Source: Thiomonas intermedia
Lineage (GTDB): Bacteria > Pseudomonadota > Gammaproteobacteria > Burkholderiales > Burkholderiaceae_C
Assembly (NCBI GenBank): GCA_022730375.1
Contig: DZDA01000001.1
Coordinates: 4,471-68,470, forward strand
Reading direction: 5' to 3'
DNA length: 64,000 nt
Each line of letters starts with the position of its first letter. The first letter of the stretch is position 1. The notes under the pieces were generated by a model. That model did not search any database, had not been told where the DNA came from, and worked only from the letters and a program-made list of their open reading frames with translations. This document shows positions 21,389 to 33,483 of this stretch, piece by piece. Position numbers and translations under genes: made by a program.

Positions 21389-22714
21389 ATGTCTCCCACA
21401 CCCCACACTCTGGACGGCTGGCTAGCCCACGCCGAGTCGCTGCATGCCCGCGTGATCGACATGGGGCTGCAGCGCGTGCACGCGGTGCGCGCCGCCATGC
21501 AGTTGCAATTCACCTGCCCGGTCATCACCGTGGCCGGCACCAATGGCAAGGGCTCGACCTGCGCCATGCTCGAAGCCATTCTCTTGGCGGCGGGCTACCG
21601 CGTGGGCGTCTACACCTCGCCGCACCTGGTGTATTTCGAGGAGCGCTGCCGCATCGCTGGCCAGTCGGTGAATGCGCAGGACTTGCTGCCGCATTTCGCC
21701 GCAGTCGAGCAGGCCCGGCTGACCGCTGGCGAGGGCGGCGCGGCGGTGAGTTTGAGCTATTTCGAGTTCACCACCCTGGCCATTCTGTCGCAGCTCGCCA
21801 GCCAGCGGCTCGACGCCGTCATTCTCGAAGTCGGGCTGGGCGGGCGGCTCGATGCGGTGAACGTCATCGATACCGATTGCGCCATCATCACCAGCATCGA
21901 CCTCGATCACATGGAGTTTCTCGGTACGGACCGGGAGTCCATTGGCCGCGAGAAGGCCGGCATCCTGCGCGCTGGCAAACCCGCCATCGTCAGCGACCCG
22001 CAGGCGCCGCAGTCGGTGCGGGCTCACGCCGAGGACATCGGCGCCGATCTATGGCTGGCCGGGCGCGATTTTCACTACACCCACCTGCCGCAGCAATGGA
22101 GCTGGCAGGGGCGCGCGCAGCGTCGGCACAGCCTGGCGTTTCCCGCCCTTCGCGGCGCCAATCAGCTGCTCAACGCCAGCGGCGTGCTCGCCGCGCTGGA
22201 GGCCTTGCGGAACACCCTGCCGGTGGCGGCGCAGGCGGTGCGCGAAGGCTTCGCCCGCGCCGAGCTGCCCGGGCGCTTTCAGGTGCTGGCAGGGCAGCCC
22301 ACGCTGGTGCTCGATGTGGGCCACAACCCGCACGCCATCGCCGTGCTGGCGGAAAACCTCGACAGCATGGGCTACTTTCCAGTCACCCATGCGGTGTTTG
22401 GCGCCATGGCCGACAAAGACATTTCCGGCATGTTGCGCCGCATGATGCCGCTGATCGACGTCTGGCATCTGTGCGATCTGCCGACGCCGCGCGCCGCCCC
22501 GGCAAAAGAGCTGGCGGCTCACCTGCTCGCCTTGAAGCCAGACGCCCGCATCGCCCAGCATCCCGACCCGTTGCAGGCGTTGCGCGCAGCGGCGGCCGCC
22601 GTGGAGCTGGCCGATAGAATCGTGGTGTTCGGCTCCTTCTACACCGTGGGCGGTGTGATGCAGGAGGGGCTGCCCCGACTTCACGGCAAGCATCTCGATT
22701 CCTCCCCGCAATGA
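21389..22714 (+). CDS. folC: Bifunctional folylpolyglutamate synthase/dihydrofolate synthase
   Basis: VAGTNGKGST, YTSPHL, EVGLGGRLDAVN, DVGHNP. Confidence 0.96.
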   Translation: MSPTPHTLDGWLAHAESLHARVIDMGLQRVHAVRAAMQLQFTCPVITVAGTNGKGSTCAMLEAILLAAGYRVGVYTSPHLVYFEERCRIAGQSVNAQDLLPHFAAVEQARLTAGEGGAAVSLSYFEFTTLAILSQLASQRLDAVILEVGLGGRLDAVNVIDTDCAIITSIDLDHMEFLGTDRESIGREKAGILRAGKPAIVSDPQAPQSVRAHAEDIGADLWLAGRDFHYTHLPQQWSWQGRAQRRHSLAFPALRGANQLLNASGVLAALEALRNTLPVAAQAVREGFARAELPGRFQVLAGQPTLVLDVGHNPHAIAVLAENLDSMGYFPVTHAVFGAMADKDISGMLRRMMPLIDVWHLCDLPTPRAAPAKELAAHLLALKPDARIAQHPDPLQALRAAAAAVELADRIVVFGSFYTVGGVMQEGLPRLHGKHLDSSPQ

Positions 22715-23559
22715 CCTTTGGCGCTCCCCGTAATTCCGCCCGTCGCTCATCCAGAGGCGATGATTCCGATTCGCAAAGCCAGGACAGTCTGCGAGCGCGC
22801 GCGCGTCGGCGTCTGATCGGTGCAGTGGCGCTGGTGCTGCTCGGGGTGATCGTGTTTCCGCTGGTGTTCGACTCCAAGCCCAAACCGGTGCCGTCGAACA
22901 TCGCGCTCGATATTCCCTCGCAGAGCAAGGCGCCGGGCTTGGCGGTGCCCGCTTCCGCGCCCATGCTGCCCGCGGCGTCCAGCGTGGCCGTACCCTCGGG
23001 CGAACGCGCGGCCGTGGCACATGCGGCGAGCGCTGTGGCTGCGACCCCCGCGCCAGTTCCGCCCGAGCCGGAGGTGATCTCGAAACCCGCGCCCCCGCCA
23101 ACACCCGCGGCGCCCAAGCCCAGTCCGGTGCAGCGAGCGGAGCCGGTCGCGCCCTCACCCGCACCCAAGCCACCCGCCCCGACACCCGAGGAGGCCCGAA
23201 AATTGGCTAGTGCACGCCAGGCCCTTGCGGCGCTCGAAGGTAAGTCGCCCGACCAGATTTCCACCGCACAGGCCGAGGCGGCGCTGGCGAACAAAAAGCA
23301 CGCGGCGCAGGAAGACGCAGCCCCCTCGAAAGCGCGATTTGTGGTGCAGGCAGGTGCGTTTGCCGACGCGCATGCCGCCCAGTCCATGCGGGCCAAAATT
23401 GAAAAAGCCGGATTCAAGACCTATACACAGGTGGTCGATACCGCGCAGGGCAAGCGGGTTCGGGTGCGCATCGGCCCCTTTGCCACGCGCGATGCAGCCG
23501 AGCGGACCTTGCACAAATTGCAGGCGCTGGGTCTCAGTGGCGCGGTGCTGACGCTATGA
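22711..23559 (+). CDS. dedD: SPOR-domain cell division protein (DedD-like)
   Basis: RARRRLIGAVAL TM segment, Pro/Ala linker, C-terminal SPOR (VVQAGAF...RVRIGPF); folC-dedD-cvpA synteny. Confidence 0.85.
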   Translation: MTFGAPRNSARRSSRGDDSDSQSQDSLRARARRRLIGAVALVLLGVIVFPLVFDSKPKPVPSNIALDIPSQSKAPGLAVPASAPMLPAASSVAVPSGERAAVAHAASAVAATPAPVPPEPEVISKPAPPPTPAAPKPSPVQRAEPVAPSPAPKPPAPTPEEARKLASARQALAALEGKSPDQISTAQAEAALANKKHAAQEDAAPSKARFVVQAGAFADAHAAQSMRAKIEKAGFKTYTQVVDTAQGKRVRVRIGPFATRDAAERTLHKLQALGLSGAVLTL

Positions 23560-23566
23560 GTCCGCT

Positions 23567-24058
23567 GTGAGCCCGCTGGACTGGTTCCTGCTTGTCGTAG
23601 TGGGTTTGAGCGCGCTGATCAGCCTGCTGCGCGGCGCGGTGTATGAAATCGTCACCCTGCTGGGCTGGATCGGGGGCGTCTGGTTTGCGGCGCACTTCGC
23701 GCCCAGTCTGGGTGCAAGGTATTTGCAAGCCATCGACAATACCGACATGCGTCTATTGGCGGCTTATGCGATGTGTTTCATTGTCGTGGTGCTGTGCGCG
23801 GGCATACTCGCCTCGGTGCTGCGTTTGCTGTTGCGCGCTAGCGGCCTGGGTATTTTTGATCGCAGCATGGGCGCGCTGATCGGTCTGGTGAAGGGCGCGG
23901 CGTTGTCGTTGTTGCTCGTCGCCCTCGGCGCGCAGACGGCGCTGGCGCAGAGCGCGATGTGGAAAACGGCGGTGCTCATCCCGCCGGCGCAGTCTTTGTT
24001 GCTCGTCATTCGCCCCTGGCTGCCCGCCGCTTTCGTTACCCATTTGCCGCAAGGCTGA
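23567..24058 (+). CDS. cvpA: CvpA family membrane protein
   Basis: Hydrophobic protein, LLRGAVYE, DRSMGALIG; upstream of purF. Confidence 0.88.
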   Translation: MSPLDWFLLVVVGLSALISLLRGAVYEIVTLLGWIGGVWFAAHFAPSLGARYLQAIDNTDMRLLAAYAMCFIVVVLCAGILASVLRLLLRASGLGIFDRSMGALIGLVKGAALSLLLVALGAQTALAQSAMWKTAVLIPPAQSLLLVIRPWLPAAFVTHLPQG

Positions 24059-24098
24059 AGTGTTTGGCTCTCCCCTCGTTTCCTGAAAGACCACTCCC

Positions 24099-25597
<1,499 letters not shown>

Positions 25598-25601
<4 letters not shown>

Positions 25602-26812
25602 CAGCGCAAGACCGAAGCGCCCCTGCGCTCGCGCTCGATACGCTGGCCGTGCGCGAGGCCTTGCCGCGTTCGCAATACGGCGAGAACAGCGAGGCGCTGT
25701 TCCTGACCAGCAGCTTCGTGCATCCCGACGCGGCGACCGCGGCCGCCCGGTTTGCCGGGGAGCAGGACGGTTTTGTCTACTCGCGTTTTTCCAATCCCAC
25801 CGTCTCCAGCTACGAGCAGCGGCTTGCCGCGCTCGAAGGGGCGGAAGGCTGCATGGCCACGGGCAGTGGCATGGCCGCCATTCTGCTGCTGGCGATGGCG
25901 CTGCTCAAGGCGGGCGATCATGTGATCTGCTCGCAAGGGGTGTTCGGCTCCACGATCAATCTGTTCGGCCGCGAACTGGCCCGATTCGGCGTGGAGACGA
26001 CGTTCGTTTCGCAAACCGACGTGACGCAATGGGCGGCGGCCCTGCGGCCCAATACGCGGCTGCTGTTTGCCGAAACGCCGTCCAACCCGTTGACCGAGGT
26101 CTGCGACATCGCCGCGCTGGCCGATCTGGCTCACGACGCCGGCGCCCAACTGGTGGTGGACAACTGCTTTTGTTCGCCGGCCTTGCAGCGTCCCCTCGAT
26201 TTCGGCGCCGATTGGGTGATTCATTCCGGCACCAAATACCTCGACGGTCAGGGGCGGGTAATCGCAGGCGCCGTGTGCGGCAAAGCTGCGCCGATCCACG
26301 ACAAGCTGCTGCCCGTGCAGCGCACCATCGGCCTGTCGCTCTCGCCCTTCAATGCCTGGGTGGTGCTCAAGGGCATGGAAACCCTGGGCGTGCGCATGAT
26401 GGCGCACAGTGCTGCCGCCTTGGCAATGGCGCAATGGCTGCAGGCGCAGCCTGCTATCGGCCGGGTGTTCTACCCCGGCCTCGATACCCACCCGCAGCAT
26501 GCGTTGGCCATGCGTCAGCAAAAGACCGGGGGTGCCGTGCTGTCGTTCGAGCTTAAGGCCGACAATGCGCAGCAGGCCAAAGCGCGGGCGTTTCACCTCA
26601 TCGACCACACCCGCATCTGCTCCATCACCGCCAATCTGGGCGACACCAAGACCACCATCACCCACCCCGCGACGACCACGCATGGCCGCCTGAGCGAAGC
26701 GCAGCGTCAGGCCGCAGGCATCGGCCAGGCGCTGATCCGCCTGGCCGTCGGGTTGGAAGATGTGGGTGATCTTCAGCGCGATTTGAGCCGGGGTCTGCAG
26801 TCCCTGAGCTGA
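25598..26812 (+). CDS. metZ: O-succinylhomoserine sulfhydrylase
   Basis: [36 protein letters not shown]; follows purF. Confidence 0.9.
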
Positions 26813-26868
26813 GCGCGTCTCCTTGTTTTTTTCTGATAGTCCTGTTTTTTCACTTTCCGAATTCGACG

Positions 26869-28278
26869 ATGACCACCCAGCCGCACCGCGTTCGTACCCG
26901 CTTCGCTCCCAGCCCGACCGGATTCATCCATCTGGGCAATATCCGATCAGCGCTCTATCCGTGGGCATTCGCGCGGCATCATGGCGGCGACTTCATTCTG
27001 CGCATTGAAGACACGGATACCGAACGTTCGTCCGAAGAGGCCGTGCAAGTCATCCTGCAGGCGATGGACTGGCTCGGGCTCGATTACGACGAAGGCCCGT
27101 TCTATCAAATGCAGCGCATGCCGCGTTACCGCGAGGTGCTCGACCAATTGCGGCAGTCTGGCATGGTGTATCCCTGCTATATGTCTACCGCCGAACTCGA
27201 CGCCCTGCGCGAGCAGCAACTCGCCGCCAAGCAAAAGCCCCGCTACGACGGCACCTGGCGCCCGGAGCCGGGCAAGCTGCTGCCGCCGATTCCCGAAGGC
27301 GTCCAGCCGGTGTGGCGCTTCAAGACGCCGACCAGCGGCGTCGTGGCCTGGCACGATTTCGTCAAAGGCCGGGTCGAGATCCGCAACGAAGAACTCGACG
27401 ATCTCGTCGTTGCCCGTCCCGACGGCACGCCAACCTACAACTTCTGCGTGGTGGTGGACGACATCGACATGCAGATTACCGACGTGATCCGCGGCGATGA
27501 TCACGTCAACAATACGCCGCGGCAATTGCACATTTTTCATGCTTTGAACGCCAAGCCGCCGCGCTATGCCCACCTGCCCACCGTGCTCAACGAGCAGGGC
27601 GAGAAGCTCTCCAAACGCAATGACGCCAAGAGCGTGCTGCAGTACCGCGACGAAGGCTATCTGCCTGATGCCGTGGTGAACTATCTGGCGCGGCTGGGCT
27701 GGTCACACGGCGATGCGGAAATTTTTTCGCGCGCGCAGTTTCTGGAGTGGTTCGATCTCGACCACCTGGGCAGCTCGCCTGCGCAGTTCGACGAGGCCAA
27801 ACTGCGCTGGGTGAACGCGCATTACATCAAGCACACCCCTGCGGATGAACTGGCCGCACTCGTGCGTCCTTTGCTGGACAAGGACGGCATTGCCCACCAG
27901 GCGCCTGATCTCGCGGCGGTTTGCGCACTCTTGCATGACCGCGCCCAGACGCTGCCCGAACTGGCCCAACAAACCCTGTTGTTCTATCGCCCCACCGAAC
28001 CCGACACCGCTGCGCTTGAGCAGCATCTCGGTGCGCAGGGAAAAGCGGCCGCGGCGGATTTGCAGGCCCAACTCGCCGCCCTTCACGACTGGTCGCGCGA
28101 AGCGATCAGTGCGGCCCTCAAGAGCGTGCTCAAACAGCACGGCCTGAAAATGCCGCAACTGGCCATGCCCGTGCGCTTGATGGTCACCGGCCGAGAGCAG
28201 ACCCCCGCCGTCGACGCGGTGTTGGCCCTGCTCGGACGGGACGCCGTTCTGCAGCGCCTCGAAAAATATCTCGGCTGA
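26869..28278 (+). CDS. gltX: Glutamate--tRNA ligase
   Basis: [13 protein letters not shown] (HIGH-like), KLSKR (KMSKS-like), RGDDHVNNT. Confidence 0.97.
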   Translation: MTTQPHRVRTRFAPSPTGFIHLGNIRSALYPWAFARHHGGDFILRIEDTDTERSSEEAVQVILQAMDWLGLDYDEGPFYQMQRMPRYREVLDQLRQSGMVYPCYMSTAELDALREQQLAAKQKPRYDGTWRPEPGKLLPPIPEGVQPVWRFKTPTSGVVAWHDFVKGRVEIRNEELDDLVVARPDGTPTYNFCVVVDDIDMQITDVIRGDDHVNNTPRQLHIFHALNAKPPRYAHLPTVLNEQGEKLSKRNDAKSVLQYRDEGYLPDAVVNYLARLGWSHGDAEIFSRAQFLEWFDLDHLGSSPAQFDEAKLRWVNAHYIKHTPADELAALVRPLLDKDGIAHQAPDLAAVCALLHDRAQTLPELAQQTLLFYRPTEPDTAALEQHLGAQGKAAAADLQAQLAALHDWSREAISAALKSVLKQHGLKMPQLAMPVRLMVTGREQTPAVDAVLALLGRDAVLQRLEKYLG

Positions 28279-28418
28279 TTCAATCTGGTTGCCGGGCCAA
28301 AGTAGGCGCTGAAGCTTACTTCCGGTTATAATTGTTGGGTGTTTAACGGGGCAATTTTTCTGTTGCATGTGGTATGCGGCAGACAGTGTTGTCCCACAGT
28401 TCCATCAGAGGGGTAAAC

Positions 28419-28676
28419 GTGGCAAAAGCGACGACCACAAGCAAAACCAACGGTGTTGAACTCGAAGAGTCAAACTCCTCCACCACCACAAAATCGGCAG
28501 ATCCCTGGGATTTGATGATGCAGAACGCCGAGGAAGTGGCCTCCACATTCCGCAAGCGGCCTCAAGTGAAAGTGTCTTCACCCTGGCGTGAAGGGTTTGG
28601 CAGACCGCTCTCCCAGCGGTCCCGCGAGATCTATGAGCACATTACCGCCAACAAAACCCGCCTGAAGCAAAAATAA
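28419..28676 (+). CDS. Hypothetical basic protein (85 aa)
   Basis: GTG start after GAGGGG SD, upstream TATAAT (28327-28332), downstream terminator; no recognised motif. Confidence 0.55.
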   Translation: MAKATTTSKTNGVELEESNSSTTTKSADPWDLMMQNAEEVASTFRKRPQVKVSSPWREGFGRPLSQRSREIYEHITANKTRLKQK

Positions 28677-28717
28677 GTGCTTATTCATTTTTAGCACTTT
28701 TTGCGCCAGACTTTCCT

Positions 28718-28757
28718 AATAAAAGCGCCTGCAATTGACTTTGCAGGCGCTTTTATT
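28718..28757. terminator. Bidirectional intrinsic terminator
   Basis: AATAAAAGCGCCTGCAA-ttgact-TTGCAGGCGCTTTTATT between convergent genes. Confidence 0.85.
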
Positions 28758-28789
28758 TTGGCCGTCTTCTCGGGGCCAGGGGTTCAGGC

Positions 28790-29830
28790 TTATTCCCCTC
28801 GGCTGGCTTCAAGCGCGAGCGCCTTGGCGCACTCGCCCACCAGTTCCGGGCCGCGGTAGATCAAGCCGGTGTAGAGCTGAACCAGATCGGCGCCCGCGCG
28901 CAGTTTTTCGACAGCGTCGGCTCCGCTCAGAATGCCGCCGACACCGATGATCGGCACGTTGCGGCCCAGACGCTGGCGCAGGCGCGCAATCACCCGGGTC
29001 GAGGCGGCGCGCACCGGCGCCCCACTCAGTCCACCCGCTTCATGCGCATGGGCCAGCCCGGCCACGGCGTCGCGCGCCAGCGTGGTGTTGGTGGCGATGA
29101 CGCCATCGAGGCCATGTGTCAGCAACTGATCGGCGATGACGTCGATGTCGGCGTCTTCAAGGTCAGGGGCGATTTTCAGCAGCATGGGCACATGGCGGCC
29201 ATGTTGTTGACGCAATTGCTCGCGCGTGGCGGCGAGGCCTTGCAGCAGGCCCTGCAAGGCGGCGTCGGTTTGCAACTGGCGAAGGTTGCGGGTGTTGGGC
29301 GACGAAATATTGATGCTGACATAGTCGGCCTGGGTGTACACCCCTTCCAGACCCAGCCGGTAGTCGTCGAGCGCCTGCTCGACGGGGGTGCTGGCGTTCT
29401 TGCCGATGTTCAGGCCGATGGGCACGGGGCGATGGCTGCGGCGCACATGGCGCAAAAAAGCCTCCAGCCCGGCATTGTTGAACCCCATGCGATTGATCAG
29501 CGCCTGCGCCTGCGGCAGCCGGAACATGCGTGGCTTGGGGTTGCCGGGCTGGGCGCGGGGAGTTACCGTGCCGACTTCGACAAAACCAAAACCCATCGCC
29601 GCGAGAGCGTCGATGGCCTCGCCATTTTTGTCGAGCCCGGCGGCCAGACCGACGCGATTGGCGAAACGCAAGCCCAGCAGCTCCACCGGATCGTGTACCG
29701 GCGCATGGGCGTACAGAATCGACAGTCCGGCAGAATGCGCCATGCGGATGCCGCTCAGCGTGAGGTGATGCGCCCATTCTGGATTGAGGCGGAACAAAAT
29801 AGGGCGAATCAGGGGATAGGAGAGCGGCAT
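28790..29830 (-). CDS. pyrD: Dihydroorotate dehydrogenase (quinone), class 2
   Basis: [37 protein letters not shown]. Confidence 0.97.
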   Translation of the reverse strand: MPLSYPLIRPILFRLNPEWAHHLTLSGIRMAHSAGLSILYAHAPVHDPVELLGLRFANRVGLAAGLDKNGEAIDALAAMGFGFVEVGTVTPRAQPGNPKPRMFRLPQAQALINRMGFNNAGLEAFLRHVRRSHRPVPIGLNIGKNASTPVEQALDDYRLGLEGVYTQADYVSINISSPNTRNLRQLQTDAALQGLLQGLAATREQLRQQHGRHVPMLLKIAPDLEDADIDVIADQLLTHGLDGVIATNTTLARDAVAGLAHAHEAGGLSGAPVRAASTRVIARLRQRLGRNVPIIGVGGILSGADAVEKLRAGADLVQLYTGLIYRGPELVGECAKALALEASRGE

Positions 29831-29905
29831 GGAGAGCAGGCGAGGTCGCTGAGCACAGGGCGGCGCAGCGATAATGAAGACTGACATTTTTCGTGAAGAC
29901 CCGAC

Positions 29906-30568
29906 ATGACGCAAGACGAACTCAAACAGCAGGTCGCCGCGGCCGCGCTCACCCAGGTGCCGCAGGGCGAAATCATCGGAGTCGGTACGGGCTCGACGGT
30001 GAATTTTTTTATCGACGCCCTGGCTGGCATCAAGCACCAGATCAAAGGCGCGGTGTCGAGCTCCGAGCGTTCCACCGAGCGCATGCGCGCGCATGGCATC
30101 ACGGTGTATGACCTCAACGAGGTGGCGCAGCTTTCGGTCTATGTCGATGGCGCCGACGAGATCGACGCCTCGGGCGCGATGATCAAAGGCGGCGGCGGCG
30201 CGCTGACGCGCGAAAAAATTATCGCCGAGGCCGCAGAGCGCTTCATCTGCATCGTCGATCAGAGCAAGCTGGTGCCGGTGCTGGGTAAATTTCCTTTGCC
30301 GGTCGAAGTCGTGCCGATGGCGCGGGAACTGGTGGCACGCCGGTTGCGCGCCATGGGGGGCGATCCGCGCGAGCGTTCAGGCTACGTTACCGATAACGGC
30401 AATCTGATTCTGGACGTGCACGGCCTGGAGATTGCGCAGCCGCGCGAATTTGAAACCCGTGTGAACCAGATTCCGGGTGTGGTGACCGTGGGCCTGTTCG
30501 CACTGCGCGCCGCCAACGTCGCCCTGATCGGCACTGCCGAGGGTGTGCAGCGGCGCGATTTTGTCTGA
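29906..30568 (+). CDS. rpiA: Ribose-5-phosphate isomerase A
   Basis: [23 protein letters not shown]. Confidence 0.98.
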   Translation: MTQDELKQQVAAAALTQVPQGEIIGVGTGSTVNFFIDALAGIKHQIKGAVSSSERSTERMRAHGITVYDLNEVAQLSVYVDGADEIDASGAMIKGGGGALTREKIIAEAAERFICIVDQSKLVPVLGKFPLPVEVVPMARELVARRLRAMGGDPRERSGYVTDNGNLILDVHGLEIAQPREFETRVNQIPGVVTVGLFALRAANVALIGTAEGVQRRDFV

Positions 30569-30580
30569 CTAATTCTCTGA

Positions 30581-31237
30581 CTAAAACTGAAAGCCCTTGG
30601 GGGCGTTCGGGTTTGGCGGCGGCAGCACGGAAGGTTCGATCGGCACGCGCTTTTGTTCGGGGGTCGAAGCTTTCTGGGCTGGGGGCGGAGCCAGCGCCAC
30701 GGGCTGCGGGCGCACGTAGCCGCGCGGCAGTTCGCTCTTCTTCGGATAGCCTGCAGCATCGAGCGCGATGTCCCAATTGCTGGAACTGAAACCGGTGCTC
30801 AGTTTGGTGCTGCCGATGATCACCAGCGGGAGCTGGTCGCTGCCGTTCGACAGGGCCTTGTAGGCCTTGATATCGGCATTGGTCGTGATGGTTTTTTCGG
30901 CGAAGGGAATGCCGCGCTGTTGCAGGTAGTCGCGTGCGGCGTCGCAGGCCTCGCATTGTGGCGCGGTGTAGAGCGTGACGGGGTATTTGCGCGCCGCTTC
31001 ACGCAACGCGGCGGGGAAGCCGGCAAAGCTGCTGGGCGTCGCACTGCCGTTGGCCGACAACGACTGCACGGCCTTGCCCTGCGTGCTGCTGGGCGGCACA
31101 TCGCTGAAGGTGACCGAGCCGTCCGGGCCGACGATCTTGTAAATCGCCCAGGCGGGCGTGCCAGCGGCCAGGCCGAGCGCCAGTGCGGCGGAAAACACGA
31201 GGGCGTGGCGCGAAGTTCGTTTCGTCAGTCGTTTCAT
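30581..31237 (-). CDS. Exported glutaredoxin-like protein with DUF4124-type N-terminal domain
   Basis: Signal peptide, IYKIVGPDGSVTFSDVPP, TLYTAPQCEACDAARDYL (CxxC). Confidence 0.75.
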   Translation of the reverse strand: MKRLTKRTSRHALVFSAALALGLAAGTPAWAIYKIVGPDGSVTFSDVPPSSTQGKAVQSLSANGSATPSSFAGFPAALREAARKYPVTLYTAPQCEACDAARDYLQQRGIPFAEKTITTNADIKAYKALSNGSDQLPLVIIGSTKLSTGFSSSNWDIALDAAGYPKKSELPRGYVRPQPVALAPPPAQKASTPEQKRVPIEPSVLPPPNPNAPKGFQF

Positions 31238-31357
31238 CGTTCTGTGCAGCAAGGGTGATGACAAGCTGCAAGTGTGCCACGACTGCGTCCAAGCCGGGCT
31301 GCGAGCGCGGTGTTTTCGCCACAGGTGGCGGGACGGGTTCGGGGCAAACGCGCGCGC

Positions 31358-33439
31358 TTAGGCCACATCAGCCGCTTCAGCCGCTTCAGCCGTCATGCCG
31401 CTGTGGCGAAGCAGGGCATCGATGCGCGGCTCGCGACCACGGAAGGCTTTGAACGAGTCGATGGCATCGCGGCTGCCGCCCACGGCGAGAATGGCTTGCT
31501 GATAGCTTTTACCCACTTGCGGACTGAGCGGGCCTTCTTGTTCGAAACGTTCGTAGGCGTCGGCCGACAGCACTTCAGCCCATTTGTAGCTGTAATAGCC
31601 CGCTGCATAGCCCCCGGCGAAGATGTGGGAGAAGCTGTTGACGAAGCGGTTGAACGGCGGCGGGTTCAGCACGGCGATCTCGTCGCGGTTCTCCGCCACC
31701 AGCGCTTCAATCGCTTCGGGGGTGTAGGTGCGCAAGTCGTGGTGCAGGCGCATGTCGAGCAGCGAAAACTCGACCTGACGCAGGGTCTGCATGCCGGACT
31801 GGAAGTTTTTCGCGGCCAGCATTTTGTCAAACAAGGCGCGCGGCATGGCTTGGCCGGTTTCCACATGATGGGTGAGAAAGCGCAGCACTTCCCATTCCCA
31901 GCAGAAGTTTTCCATCAGTTGGCTGGGCAGTTCCACCGCGTCCCATTCGACGCCAGAGATGCCCGACACGGCGATGTCGTCGACCTGGGTGAGCATATGG
32001 TGCAGCCCGTGGCCGAACTCGTGGAACAGGGTCTGCACATCGTCGTGGCTGAGCAGGGCGGGTTTGCCGCCCACTGGCGAGGGAAAGTTGCAGGTGAGGG
32101 TGGCGACCGGGGTTTGCAGCGTGCCGTCTGCGTGCAGCCAGCGCGAACGCACATGATCCATCCACGCGCCCGAGCGTTTGCCGTCGCGGGCGTACAGGTC
32201 GAGGTAGAACAGACCGACGCTGCGACCCTCGGTGTTTTCGATGCGATACAGCTCGGCGTCGGGATGCCAGGCGTGAATCTCGCCCTCCACCCGCAGCAGC
32301 TTCACGCCGAACAGGGTTTCGACCACGCGGAACAGCCCGGCGATGACGGTGGGCAGGGTGAAATATTGCCGCACTTCCTGCTCTGACAGGGTGTAATGCG
32401 ACTGGCGCAGTTTTTCCGAGGCCCAGGCGATGTCCCAGGCTTCGAGCGGGGCCAGGCCAAGCTCTGTTTGCGCGAAGGCGCGCAGGGTGTCGAGGTCGCG
32501 CTGGGCGAAGGGGCGGGCGCGGGCGGCGAGGTCGCGCAGAAAGTGCAGCACCTGCTCCGGGGTGTCGGCCATTTTGGGCACCAGCGAGACTTCGGCGTAG
32601 TTGGCGTAGCCGAGCAGACGGGCTTCTTCGTCGCGCAGGGCGAGAATTTCGGCCATGACGGCGGAGTTGTCGAACTTTGCATCGCCCAGCTCGCTTGCGC
32701 GGGTGACATAAGCGCGGTAGAGGCGTTCGCGCAGCGGGCGGTATTCGCCGTGCTGCAGCACGGGCATGTACGACGGATAGTGCAGGGTAAATTTGTACCC
32801 GGGTTTGCCGTCGCGCTCGGCGGCTTCGCGCGCGGTCTGCAGGACGTCGGCAGGAATGCCAGCGGTCTGTTCTTCGCCGACGTATTCGGCATAGGCCGCC
32901 GTGGCATCGAGCACGTGTTCGGAGAAGGTTTGACTGAGCGCGGCCAGGCGTTCCTGAATTTCGGCGTAGCGGCAGCGGGCGGGGCCTTCGAGCAGCGCAC
33001 CGCTCAAGCGGAAGTCACGCAAGGCATGTTCGATGATGCGCTGGCGCGTTGGGCCGAGGCGGGAAAACTCGGCGCTGTCGTGCAGGGCCTGGTACTGCCG
33101 CAACAGACCCTCGTTCTGGCCCAGCCGGGTCCAGAACTCGGTGATCTTGGGCAGCATGGCGTTGTAGGCGGCGCGCAGGGCGGGGGTGTCGGCCACGGCG
33201 TTGAGGTGGCTGACGACGCCCCAGGCACGGCCTAGGTGTTCGGTCGCGCGCTCCAGCGGCTCAACCACGGCGGCCCAGGTGGGGGCGGTGGCGGGTGCGG
33301 TGACCTGATCCAGCGTCTGTTCCGCCGCCTGAATCAGCGCGTCGAGTGCGGGCTCGATGTGCTCGGGTTTTACCGCGGCATAGTCGGGAAGATCGCGAAA
33401 ATCACACAGCGGGTTGTTGGCGGGCAGAGCAAGAGTCAT
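31358..33439 (-). CDS. prlC: Oligopeptidase A (M3 family)
   Basis: FHEFGHGLHH zinc motif, DAVELPSQ, GYAAGYYSYKWAEVL. Confidence 0.95.
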   Translation of the reverse strand: MTLALPANNPLCDFRDLPDYAAVKPEHIEPALDALIQAAEQTLDQVTAPATAPTWAAVVEPLERATEHLGRAWGVVSHLNAVADTPALRAAYNAMLPKITEFWTRLGQNEGLLRQYQALHDSAEFSRLGPTRQRIIEHALRDFRLSGALLEGPARCRYAEIQERLAALSQTFSEHVLDATAAYAEYVGEEQTAGIPADVLQTAREAAERDGKPGYKFTLHYPSYMPVLQHGEYRPLRERLYRAYVTRASELGDAKFDNSAVMAEILALRDEEARLLGYANYAEVSLVPKMADTPEQVLHFLRDLAARARPFAQRDLDTLRAFAQTELGLAPLEAWDIAWASEKLRQSHYTLSEQEVRQYFTLPTVIAGLFRVVETLFGVKLLRVEGEIHAWHPDAELYRIENTEGRSVGLFYLDLYARDGKRSGAWMDHVRSRWLHADGTLQTPVATLTCNFPSPVGGKPALLSHDDVQTLFHEFGHGLHHMLTQVDDIAVSGISGVEWDAVELPSQLMENFCWEWEVLRFLTHHVETGQAMPRALFDKMLAAKNFQSGMQTLRQVEFSLLDMRLHHDLRTYTPEAIEALVAENRDEIAVLNPPPFNRFVNSFSHIFAGGYAAGYYSYKWAEVLSADAYERFEQEGPLSPQVGKSYQQAILAVGGSRDAIDSFKAFRGREPRIDALLRHSGMTAEAAEAADVA

Positions 33440-33483
33440 GGCGTCGGTCGGTGCATCAAGTCGGGTTGGGGACGAGGTTGAAA

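Noticed and set aside
28279-28418. Expected tRNA genes after gltX
   Set aside because: No T-loop GTTCRA or cloverleaf seen by eye
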